A stretch of 64,000 nucleotides of DNA from Eledone cirrhosa. Lineage: Eukaryota. The stretch covers positions 61,132,001-61,196,000 of the forward strand of contig OZ024742.1 in the NCBI GenBank assembly GCA_964016885.1, read 5' to 3'. Below the pieces are notes generated by a model. It was given only the letters and a program-made list of their open reading frames with translations. It made no database searches and had not been told where the DNA came from. The position numbers were made by a program, and so were the translations under genes. Below, piece after piece: positions 12,191-24,300 of this stretch (the stretch's first letter is position 1; each line of letters begins with the position of its first letter).

Positions 12191-15100
12191 GTTTCATTTA
12201 TTGACCACAAGGGCCGACATACAGGGGACAATACAAAAGACAGGGACAGTGGGGGTTTAAATATACAACGTCTCAACAATATAAATAACAATAACAAAAT
12301 AACAATAAAAATACTAGGAACATTCCCCAGTGGGGAATGACCACCTAGGGCTCACTCAGGTACCCCACCAATCCTCAACGAGTCGTCGCTTAGAGAGCAC
12401 GAGGGAAGGGCACCCCTCTCCTCCTCAAATTCTTCTTCCACCTACAGTCGCATGATTAGAGTAGGCCCACTCACACGGGCTATTTTCGCCACATTCACCC
12501 ACCTTTCATCAAATGTACTGGGGGGCAGCACTTCTCTCTCCACCCTCACCTTACTTTCCAAGTGAAACTTGAAAAAGTTGATGAGGGATTGGCAGAAAAG
12601 AAAAGTATCTCTCTTCAGTCCTTTCAACCGGGTCACAATACAACCTCTTTCGCTACTGCCACCAGACAGAGGAAAATTGCCTGCCCTTCCTGGTCAAAAG
12701 AAGGCGGTGGGTCGATCTTCACTATGGACTCGGCCGATAGCAAGAACCGTTCTACACGTGACAAGAGCTATTCGACATAACTCCACAATACAGCAACGCA
12801 CGGACACTGGACGAATGCGTGCAGAACGGTTTGGTTGCTCCGTGCACATCTCTAGAGTTTATCTCGGACAGGCAGTGCCCCCGGTAGCACTGCAAAGCGA
12901 GGGATTTTGGGAAATTATCCATCGGCCCCGACTCGAAAGTCCTCCGGAACAGACTGGTGAGTTCGTCTTCGTCGACGCCCAGAGCCTCTCCGAGTGCGTC
13001 GTCGCACTCTCCCACCACTAATCCTCTATAGAACTCGAGAGTGGAAGTTCCACTGACCGCGTTGCCCACCTGGTAGATAGCAGTGAGTGCCTGGAAACAT
13101 TCCAGATGCCAGTCACCCAGTCTCGGTCTCTTCTTAACCCAAGACTGTAGCTCAGTCAAAGAGACGAGCTCTGGAAAGGCCCGTCTGACAAACGGCGCCC
13201 ACACCTATTAACCGTTTAGGCAGAATATCTGGAGATGCCGTAGCCTAAGCGCACGTCTGCGAATTATTGGCCATACCCAGCACTCCACGTAGTGGGTGCT
13301 GGCAGTATATTGACCCCCTACCCAACTAAACCTGTCCCCTCCACAAGAATTTGAAGAGGAGGCGTTCCAAGTTGGCGAGGCACGAACGGGGCAAGGGACG
13401 ACGGTCAGTCGGTAGTAGATGACGGACGCGATGTACTTTTCACCACCTCCGCCCGACGTCTCAGTGATAACTTCCTCGCAGATCATTTCTGGGTGAGACT
13501 GGCTACCGTGTCCGTCACCTTGTCCCAATTCTTATCCACCTGGAGGTCAGGCTCGAACCAAACACCAAGCAACTCTACCGGTCTGTCCGTCCAACGCCCG
13601 ACGACGCTGTTGAATGGCATAGACTTGCCTCTGCAGGTGCCGAGTTGCAAGCCCACCGACTTTTCCGGGTAAAGTTTGCTCCCGTCAACTTTTCATATTC
13701 CTCCAATAACTTGCCGACCACCTCGATTTGTGAGGTGTCCGACACCATCACGGTGATGTCGTCCGCATAAACCGACACAGCCTTTCCACGTCCTGGTTCG
13801 AGCGGGATGCGCTGCAACAGCTCCAGCTACCGCTGTAAAGGCTCGAAAGTCAATACGTACAGAAGGGAGGAGAGAGGGCACAGTTGACGGACCGATCGCG
13901 AGATCTGAAACAGTTCCCAGAAGTGGCCATTAACTTTGACCACTGAGCAGATGCCGCTGTTAATTGCAGCGATCCAGCTTCTGAAGACGGGGCTGAAGCC
14001 AGCTGCCTTGAGGACAGCCTTCATGTACCGATGGTCGACCCTATAGAATGTTTTCGATTGATCCTAATTGATCAGAGCCCCACCGAAGCCAGGTATACAC
14101 CCTACCCTTTCTATGGCGCATTAGGGAAATCTCGTCGATGCCTGTCAGATAGTTGGGACTGGCTGATCAGGTACTTGAGGCTTTTGCACCCCCGTTCCTA
14201 TCGGATACTCCCACACAGTCCCACCGTGCGTCTAAAATTCGTTCCTGTCCCTCGTAAAGGGCGAGACGTACCCAGAAAGGCTTCCAGGCGTCTAAAGAAA
14301 TCCGGCCGTCCTGCCCCGGTAGGGACGTAGATGGCCACTAGTGTAAAGCCTCCACATTCGCTATTGTTCACGTCCAGGACCACCAACTTACCATCCGGGT
14401 CACGGAAGATCGACCTTACCGCGAGATTCAGGCCTTTCTTAAACAGCACTGCCACCCCACCTCCCATCCCATTCCCGGCCGTCTAACAGATGCGAATATC
14501 TGATAGTCGTACAAAATGGGTGCTAGTGCGCGCGTGTCGGAAATCCTGGTCTCGCTGACGGCAATTACATCCATTTCTAGAGACCTGAGGTCGTTGAGCA
14601 GGTGACCCTGCTTCCAGGACGATCCCAGGTTCGAACATTTAAACATCCTACTCTTAATATGGCCATGTTGGCAGGCTAAAAGAGATATGAAAGGATTACT
14701 TACCTCCCTGGCTCTTGTGAAGATCGAATGGTTCGACCTCCATAGTTGGTGGGGTTTCTTTTGGGAACCTCTTTAAAAGCCTACTTCAAACCTTTTACAC
14801 TGGGTGTTCCCACATCGTTGGAGAAGCTCTCCCTAATTGTTTTATAATTGTTTAGTGCCATTCGCACCAGCAAAAATGATTGTGGCACCTTGAAGGTGCA
14901 GGTGTTAAACGCCTCCCCCATCTTTCTCTATTTTATTACTTCGTGTTATGAGGTTCAGTAGTTTTGTGTTCCATTTCCTCATTAAAACGAAGTTAGGTGG
15001 TGTTGTGTTTGTAAGTTGTTGCTGTGTGTGTTTTCTTTTAGTTGTTTGTGTTAGTGGTAGTATTGCTGGTGAAGATGGTGTGTTGTTGCCGGTTATGTTG

Positions 15101-16845
15101 ATGCGGTGGCTGTTGTAGTATGTGTGTTTGTGTTTGGTGCGAATGTGTCTTTTTTGTTTGTGTTAGTGTTAGTGTGTGAGATTTTTTGTGTTTTCTTTTT
15201 GTTTTTGTTTTTTGGGGATTTTGGTGTTCCTCGTCACCTTAGCTCAGTGATGAAGACTTTTCTGTGTTTGTGTCAGATGTAAGTGGCAGTGATTGTATGG
15301 GTGTGTGTGTTTCAATATGTGTGAGTGTGTTCGAGGGGGAGGGAGCGGCAGAGCTTCTTTGGAGTGGCCCCTGGGTGGTCTTGGTGGTCTTTGCAGTTGT
15401 TTTTGGTTCTGCTGGTGTTGCTACTGCAGATTTTGTTGGTGGTGTTGTTGTTTCACGATGCAACCCCGGCGTCGACAGCAGCGGAGTCTTTTGACTCCTA
15501 GCATTTTTCAACAGCCGAGGGAAGAAGGCTCGCAAGTGTGGTTTTTCGCCGCAACTGAAACAGTGCGGCTTTTGCCCTCAGCCATCACTTAGAAGCGGAT
15601 CTGCTCCGAGATTTTCTTTATTTCTTCAGGTTTGATCTGGAGAAGTATCTCCAGATTAACCCCGGACCAGTCCTCTCTTCCTGTTCTGGTTACCTCTATT
15701 GGGACGGCATCTAACCCCTCCACAATCACGCATCCCAAGAGCCACCACATATCTAGTCCAGGTGGAATCCTGGGAATTCGCACTCTAATCGTTCTTTTTC
15801 CCATGTGTGTGTGGGGGGGGGGGGGGGCGGTACATAATAACCTTGCTGGGTTTGCAAGTGGTCGTCGAGTGTGTGTGTGTGATAGCTCACACCTATGCAG
15901 GATTAGCTGGCCTCCCCCAAGGTATATCTCATTGGAGGTGTCTTGGGTGATTTAATGATAGGGACCTCAGTCCTATCATCTCATTTCTACAGCTGAGTAA
16001 ACTGGAGCAATGTGAAATAAAGAGTCTTGCTCAAGGAAACAACACATCACCCGGTTCAAGAATTGAACTCACAACCTTTCGATTGCAAGCCCAATGCTCT
16101 AACCACTAAGCCATGCGCCTTCATAATATCGTCGAGTGCTTCAAAGTGAGGGCCTCCGACTGGAACAGCATCGAGATGGTGTCGTATTGTCGACCCCTCG
16201 CTAGGTACTCTGTATCTCCTCTGATGCAACTCAGCGCAGCCTCGATGTCTGCTTGGGGAGAGTTGGTAGCTCTTTTCGTCTCAGCCGAGATGTATCTGAT
16301 GACCAGAGTTCTCTTCTCCACCGCTTCTATGACCTCTGCCGGGACCGTTAAGTTGGTTCAGGTTTGCTCCTGTTTGATGAGCTTCCATGCTTGGGCCAAC
16401 TTTGTTTCCTTGTCTGTCAAGTCCATGTTGAAGCATGGCCTTTCTTGGCTGCTGCCGCAGCGAAAGTGTTCGTCGTTGGTGTTGTTGTTGTCGTTGTTCT
16501 TCTTGGTGTTGTTGCTGTTATCATTGTTACAGCTGGTTTTATCTTTGGTGCCACCGTTGTTGTTATTCTCGGTGCAGTTGGTATTGTTGCTGTTGGTGCT
16601 GTCGTTGTTTATGTTCTGGTTAGTGATGTTAATTTGGTTGTTGTTTTTGTCGTCATAATCTGGTGTCTGTCGTTTGGTTGTCGCTATTACTGCTGTGGTT
16701 GGTATTATCGTTTCTTCTTTTAAGGTTATTGATCTCACTATTGGTGTTGCTGCTGCAGCTGCTCATGGTATTTGTGGTGGTGTTGCTAAATGTATTTGTA
16801 GCATAAATCAATGAGTTTGCCGCTTCCCTCCTCTTAACATTTAGG
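12191..16845 (-). mobile_element. Tx1/L1-clade LINE copy B, deleted and decayed
   Basis: 3'UTR ending CCCTTGTGGTCAATAAATGAAAC+(TTA)n; ORF2 pieces (AVSVYADD, ISETRI-like); EN-RT deletion at ~14114; ORF1 pieces 14700-16800; 5' end lost at the junction with copy C. Confidence 0.88.
15872..16128 (-). mobile_element. tRNA-derived SINE inserted in ORF1 of copy B
   Basis: 10-bp target-site duplication TCGTCGAGTG (15862-15871 and 16129-16138); minus-strand head with A-box-like TGGCTTAGTGG and B-box-like GAGTTCAATTC; (CA)n tail. Confidence 0.8.
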
Positions 16846-19800
16846 TCACTGTCACCTCGCTCCCGTTTTTCTCCATCTGGAGGTCCGGACCGAACCAGAC
16901 CCCGAGCAATTTAACCGGTCCTTCCGTCCAGCCCCCCCCCCCCACGACTCTGTCGGTCGGCATGGACTTGCCTCTCCCGGTGCCGAGTTACAAGCCCACC
17001 GACTTTTCCTGGTTTACCGCTTCGTATTCCTTGAGAGCGGTGCCGAGCATATGGACGTGTTTGGTGCTCGACACCACCATGGTGACGTCGTCGGCATAAG
17101 CCGACACGGATCTCCCGCATCGCAGTTCGCGTGGGACCCCCTCATCGTCTCCAATTTGTGTAGTAACGGCTCTAGGGCCAGTACGTACAGGAGGGACGAG
17201 AGGGCGCAACCCTGGCGGTCTAGCGCATGCTGCTGAAAGGCTGCGACAGGTGACATTCACCCTCACAGTCGAGCAGGTGTCGCTGTGCATAGCAGCGATC
17301 CAGTCCCTAAAAACGGGCCCGAAGCCGGCCGCCTCGAGGACCACGGCCAGGTACCGATGGTCGACGCTATCAAATGCTTTAGATTGATCCAAGTTGATCA
17401 GAGCCCCACTCGTGTCAGGTTCCTTAACCACCCTCTCTCTGATGTATCGCATGGACGTTGTCGTGGATGGTTCTGTCCGGGAAGGCGCATCTCTGCACCT
17501 CTCGCACCTGATCATCGACAAGTTCCAATCTCTTTGCTAACACCTTCGCCAAAATCTTAAACTCTGCGTTTAGCAGAGTTATGGACCTGAAGTTGTCTAT
17601 AATATCCACCTTGTTCGTGTCTTTTCTCAGCAGCGCCACCGCTCCCCGGCTCACAAAACTGGGAATGCTCCCGTTCTGCTGCCAGTTACAGTAGACATCT
17701 GCCAGGAGGTCACCGAACAAGTCTGGCATATGCGCATAGGTATCGTAGGGCAGACCATCCAAACCTTGCGATTTACCCCTCGTGCAGTCAGACATCAGTT
17801 CCTCGAGGTATGCAACGAAGTCCATACTCCGACCCGGCCCACTGCCTCTCCCAAACAATTGAGCAAAGTGCTGTTGAAAAGCCGCACACATCTGCTCGGG
17901 TTCAAGCAAACATGCGGCCGTTTTGATCAGACAAAGACCGAATAGTGGACTTGTTGCCACGTCGCGCCTCCACCATCCGGGCCCATTGAACGGCTTTCGT
18001 GCCTTCGTGTCTTAGAGCACGCGCTCTAGCTCTGACAACGCAGCCTTCATGCTTTGCGTTGAAGAATTGGTCGAGTGCCAATCTCGCCGCAAGAACGTCG
18101 GTTGCGATGCCTGTCCTAAACGCCTCTTCTGGCTTTCTAACTAACTCTGCCTATACTCTATTTTCCTCTATCACTACTCCTTTGCTAAACCTTATCGATT
18201 CTACTCTAATAGCCCTTTTCAGGGTAAACCACCACCTGTTGTTGATGATCGCACCGTTAAAGCACGCTAAACTAATTCGCTAATCCTGTGTATGTAATCT
18301 TTGCGCGCCTGGAAAGACGCGTTCAGCTTTCAGTAGCCGGGCCCTTGCCTATGGAGTCTATCTAAGTCAACTGCACAGATCACAAATTTGTGGTCTGTGC
18401 AGTCGACTACTTTAAATTGTGGACAACCTACACTAGCCTCATCTGTTTCCCTACAGAATACCCTATCTAAATATGATCTGGATGACCTGATGCGATTTGC
18501 CCATGTCCACATTGGCACATTCGGATAATCCAGTCTATACATGTCAGACAGTTCAAAACGTCTGAGCAGGTTGTTGAGGCTTTTACACCCTCCTGCGCTG
18601 ACTACAAGCCCCACATAATCCCAGCGTGCATCTAAGATACCGTTCCAGTCGCCCACTAACACTAAAAAGCGGGATATTCCAAGAAAGGTCTCGAGACGTC
18701 TGAAGAAATCTGGCCGTCCTGCCCCTGTTGGGGCGTAGACGGCTACTAGCCTGAAAGCATTACCTTCGCTGACGGTCACGTCAGGCACCACCGACTTACC
18801 TTCTGGGTCCAGGAAGATGGCCCGTATGGCGAGATCCAAGCCTCTCCGAAAAAGCACGGCAACCCCTCCCCCCGATCCTGGACGCCTGGGAGATTCATAT
18901 ACATCGTAGCGCCGAAGATCGGTGCGAAGGCTCGTGCTTCGGAGATTCTGGTCTCGCTGATGGCCACCACATCTATGTTTAGTGACCTGAAGTCGTTGAG
19001 CAGGTGACCCTGCTTCCAAGATGACCCCAGGCCACGTACATTTATATTGATCGTGTGGTGAAGGGACAGTAGAACTGTCCCTTTGGCTGGTCATGGGTGT
19101 TTCCAAGAGGATGTCGGTGTATATCCTCTTGGTAACCGACCCTCTGAAGTCTCCAACTGCGTTGGGAAATTTCTGCTTTAAAAGTTTGTAATGTTCTATG
19201 GAGATTTCAATGATGTTTATGTTTGTCGGGAGAGTTCTTGGTGTTGGTGGGGTGTAGTAGTTTTTTGTGTGATGTCTGTGTGCTGGGTTATGTGTTGTAG
19301 GAGTTGTTTATTTGCCATGTTTATGGCTGTGTATTTTTTAGGGGGAGGCGATTTTGTTGCTGTTTTCTTGTTGTTGCTATTGGGTGTGTGTGTTTTGTTG
19401 TGTTTGCGATGTTGGTGTTTTTGGTGATACTGGTGGTGTGGTTGTTGCTGGTGGTGATGCTTGTGGTGGTGATGGTGATGAAGGAGGTGTTGCTGCAAGT
19501 CTCCTTGCAGCATTTGCCCTTCTTTGTCTGCTTTCGCTTTTGGAGGGTGAAGTTTTTATCTTCTTTGTTTTTTGTGGCAGACCGTTTGCCACTTCCCTCC
19601 GCCTCACACTCCATGTCGTACCCCGTGTCGTCCGGGAGGGGCATGAGCTCCAATGCTGTTGGTGGTGGTAGTGGATCCCGCTCGGACGATTTTACCGCCG
19701 GCGTAGCTACTACTGCGACTGTTGGTGTTGCCGCCACTGCTGCCGCTGCTTTAGTTGTCCGTGGCCTTGGTATGGGTGCCACGGACGTTGCCATGCTACT

Positions 19801-21233
19801 CTCCATGGAAGGGTCTTCTGCCTCTGTTGCCTGCCCTGCTCTTGGTAGCAGCGGATCAGGCGTCGGAAGGAGGGGGCCCTCTTCTTGGATGTCTTCTTCG
19901 GGAAGAGGGCCCTGAGGTGACCCTTCTTCCCACAGAGATAGAACTTTGGGCGCCTTCCTTCCAAGTTTATAGGGAGATTGAGCCCTTTTTCGATGTCTAT
20001 GACGTCTGGGATGGCCTCGATGCACTCCTGGTCAGTCTGTATTAGTATTTGCATGCCTGTTCCTGACCAGTTCTCTCTTCCCATTCTCTGTATTTGCAGT
20101 ATGGTGGTCTTCTCCTCGATTACAGCCAGTACAGGCGCGGCCAGCCTAGGTACGGGCACGTCGGGCGTGACATGGGTCACTTTGACTCTCACAATTTTCT
20201 GCCCGCAGTAGGAGGGCACCAAGACTATCTCCTCACTCTTTAGGGTTTCCAAAGTGTGAAACTTCGCCTCTTGGGAGGGTGGCGAGAAGTAGGTCTACTG
20301 TGCCGTACTCTTTGCCTCGGATGATGTGGGTTCTGCGCGCCCATACGCACCTCAAGGCTTTGGGGATTTGAGCTTCCGTGGCTCTCTCTAACTGATGCGA
20401 CATTTTGCTTACGGTGCGGTAAGTCACCGTGCGCAGGTGCTGGTCTTTGAAGAAATCGGGTGGAGGTTTCAGGGAAACTCTATTGTCATTTCTTGTCACC
20501 ATGGCTCTTGCGAGTGCCATCTCCTCCTCCGTGACTAGCACTCTTTCTATATTTCGGGCCACACCTGCGAAAGAAGTGGCCCCTTTTTCAGCGACACCAT
20601 TATTGCTGCCGCTACTGCTGCTACTGGTCTTGTTGTTGGTGTTGTTGATGTTGCTACTGCTACAAACGGTGTTGTTTGTGTTGTTGCTATTATCATTGTT
20701 GTAGTTGGTTGTGTTTTTGGTGCCACCGTTGTTTTTGTTCTCGGTGCAATTTGTATTGTTGCTGTTGTTGTTGTCGTTGTTTATTTTCTTGTTAGTGGTG
20801 TTAATATCGTTGTTGTATTTGTTGTCATTTTTTCTGATGTCTGTATTTTGGTCGACGCTGTTATTGTTGAAGTTGGTGTGGTAATTTTTTCAAAATTAAT
20901 GTTCTCAGTGTTGTCTTTGTTCACGTTGTTCGGGGTGGTGACTTTTGTAACAATTTTTGTAACCCTCCTCTCAACTTTTACACCGTTATCAGACGACAGC
21001 AGACATATTGCTGCTGGGGGGCGTCACTCAGCCATGTTTTTTTTCTTTTTAAAACAATTTTTTTTTTAAAGTAAAATGTTCAAATATTTGAGCCAAAAGG
21101 CCCAAATATTATACTTTCCCCTTCACAGGGCAAAGTCTAAGGGCTTTCAACAAGAAATATTTAACAATAAATAATTTTAACAGGCAAATAAATCGAATTA
21201 CTGGGAGCGAGCAAAAAGCGTCCGAACAGACCG
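16846..21233 (-). mobile_element. Tx1/L1-clade LINE copy C, 3' part deleted
   Basis: 5'UTR next to (AAT)n at 21234; ORF1 pieces (LVPSYCGQKIVRVK, degenerate knuckle FYLCGKKGHLRALF); EN (VYAPTG, GDWNGILD, TDH); RT (QSKAFD, YADD); frameshifted. Confidence 0.88.
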
Positions 21234-21247
21234 ATAATAATAATAAT

Positions 21248-21385
21248 TGTTTCTACTTTTAGCACAAGGCCAGCAATTACCCAGTGCATTACTGGTACTT
21301 TATTCTATCGACCCCGGAAGGATGAAAGGGAAACTTAACCATGAGGGGATTTGAACTCAGATCATACAGGTATGCTTCAAAGCAT
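21248..21385 (-). mobile_element. tRNA-derived SINE (TTA-tailed family), partial
   Basis: Same body as the copies at 27341-27925 (CTGAGTTCAAATCCC..TTTCATCC..GGGGTCGAT..AAGTACCAGT..CCTTGTG..GTAGAAACAATTATT). Confidence 0.8.
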
Positions 21386-21391
21386 AATAAT

Positions 21392-24300
21392 GATTTCATT
21401 TATTGGTCACAAGGGCCGACATATAGGGGACAATACAAAAGACTGGGACAGTGGGGTTTTACAGAAAAAATGAGTAAACAATATGAATAACAATAACAAA
21501 GTAACAAGAAAAATACAAGAAAAATTCCCCAATAGGGGGGATGACCACCCAGGGTTCGCTCAGGTACCCCACCAATCCTTAACGGCCCGACGCTTCGAGA
21601 GCACCCTGGAAGAGCACCCCTCTCCTCCTCAAATTTACCCACCTACAGGCGCATGACCAGAGTAGGCCCACTCACACGGGCCATTCTCGCCACATTCACC
21701 CACCATTCAGCCAATGTACTGGTGGGCAGCACTTCTCTCTCCACCCTCACCTTCCTTTCCTAGTGAAACTTGAAAAAGTTGATGAGGGATTGGCCGAAGA
21801 GAAAAGTGTCTCTCTTCAGTCCTTTCAACCTCGTCCACCATACAACCTCTTTCGCTACTGCCACCAGACAGAGGAAAATTACCTGCCCTTCCTGACCAAA
21901 AGAAGGCGGCGGGTCGATCTTCACTATGGATCGGCCGAGAGCCGGTTCCGTTCTACACGCAACAATAGCTGTTCGACATAACTCCACAAGTCAGTAATGT
22001 ACGGACATTGGACGAGTGCGTGCAGAACGGTTTCATCGCTCTGCGCGCATTTTGGGCAGGTCCGTCTGACAGCACTTCTGTGCCTGTAGAGTTTATCTCG
22101 AACTGGCAGTGCCCCCCCCCCCCCGGTAGCACTGCCAAGCGAGGCATTTTTGGAAATTATCCATCGTCCCCGGCTCGGATGTCCTCCGGACAAACTGGTT
22201 AGTTCGTCTTCATCGATTCTCAGAGCCTCTCCGAGTGCGTCGTCGCACTTGCCAACCACTAATCCTCTATAGAACTCGAGAGTGGAAGTTCCACTGACCG
22301 CATTGGCCGCGCCACCTGGTAGAGGGGAGTGAGTGTCTGGAAACATTCCAGATGCCAGTAACCCAGTCTCGGTCTCTTCTTGACCCAGGACTGCAATCCA
22401 GTCAAAGAGACGAGCTGCGGAAAGGCCCATCTGACTAACGGCGACCACACCTGTTCACCGTTTAGCCATAATATCTGGAGATGCCGCAGCGTCAGCGCGT
22501 GTCTGTGCATCATCATCCACAGCATTCCCAGCCCTCCACGTAGTGGGTGCTGGCAGCAGATAGACCGCCTCACCAACTGAACCTGACCCCTCCACACGAA
22601 TTTGAAGAGAAGCCTCTCCAATTGGCGAGGCGTGAAGAGGGGCAAGGGACGACTGTCAGACGGTAGTAGATGACGGACGTGATGTACGCGTTCGCCACCT
22701 CCACCCGACCTTTCAGTGATAGCTTCCCCCCAGCCGATTTCTGGGTGAGACTGGCCACCCTGCCCGTCCCCTCGTACCAATTCTTATCCACCTGGAGGTC
22801 TGGCCCTAACCAAACCCCGAGCAACTTTACCGAGTCATCCATCCAGCGCCTAACGATGCTGTCGGACGGCATGCACTTGCCTCTCCAGATGCCGAGTTGC
22901 AATGCCACCGACTATTCCGGGTAAAGTTTGCTCCCGTCAACCTTTCATATTCCTCTAATAAGTTGCCGACCACCTCGATTTCTGAGGTGTCCGATACCAT
23001 CACGTTGATGTCGTCAGCATAAACTGACACAGCCTTTCCACGCCCCGGTTCGAGCGGGATGCCCTGCAACAGCTCCAGCTTCCGCACTAAAGGCTCGAGA
23101 GTCAATACGTACAGAAGGTAGGAGAGAGGGCACCCTTGACGGACCGATCGGGAGACGTGAAACGGTTCCGAGAGGTGGCCATTAATTTTGACCACCGAGC
23201 AGATGCCGCTGTGCATTGCAGCGATCCAGCTTCTGAAGACGCGGCCGAATCCAGCCGCCTTGACGACCCTATCGAATGCTTTAGATTGATCTAAATTGAT
23301 CAGAGCCCCACCGAAGCCAGGTTTACACACAACCCTCTCTATGATGTATCGCATTAGGTGGAGGTTGTCGTGTATGAACCTGGTTGGGATTGCGCAAGTT
23401 TGCGCCTCACCAACCAAATCCCCGACGGCAAGCGCCAACCTCTTCGCTAACACCCTGTCCAAAATCTTAACCTCTGTGTTGAGCAGAGTTATGGGCCTGA
23501 AATTGTCTAATGTGTCCCTCTTGTTCTCATTTTTCCTTATCTGCGTCACTACGCCCCAGCTCACATAACTGGGAATACTCCTGTTCTGCTGCCAGTTGCA
23601 GTAGAGCGCTTCGAGGAGATTGGAGAACAAGTTTGGCATATTTATATAAAGCTCGTAGGGCAAACCATCCAAACCGGGTGACTTGCGCCTCATGCAGCCG
23701 ACAAGGGCATCCTGAATCCCGGCTGAAGTAATCGGCCTTTCGCAGCGCCCAGCGTCGAGAGTTGCAGCAAGCCATCGAGGTAGAGACTGAAGTCCGCTAC
23801 CGTCTCTGACCCGCCACTTGCCCCGAACAACTGAGCAAAATGGTGGCGAAAGGTCTCACACATTCGCTTGGAATCGCTCAGCTCGGTGCGTCTCGGTCCG
23901 TCAAAGACCGAATCGTGGTTTTATTACCACGCTACGCCTCTGCCACGCGGGCCCATCGAACAGCTTTGGTTCCCTCGTTTCTCAGAGCACGCGACTTAGC
24001 TCTCACAATGCCACCTTCGTGTTTCGCATTGAAGAAATGGTCTAATGCTATTCTCGCCGCTAGCACGTTAGTTGCAATGCCACTACCAATAGCTTCGTCT
24101 AACTTATCTACCAACTCCCCCTCTTTTCTATTTGTCTCTAACGCTACTTCTTTGCTTAACTCTATCGACATTACTCTAATCTCTCTTTTGAGAGCCCCCC
24201 CCACCACCACCACCACCATCTATTATTGACGACGCCTCCTCGTCAACTTTTTCTTAAGTAAATTGTTGACCTGGTCCCTGTAAGCCTTACGTGCCGGAAA

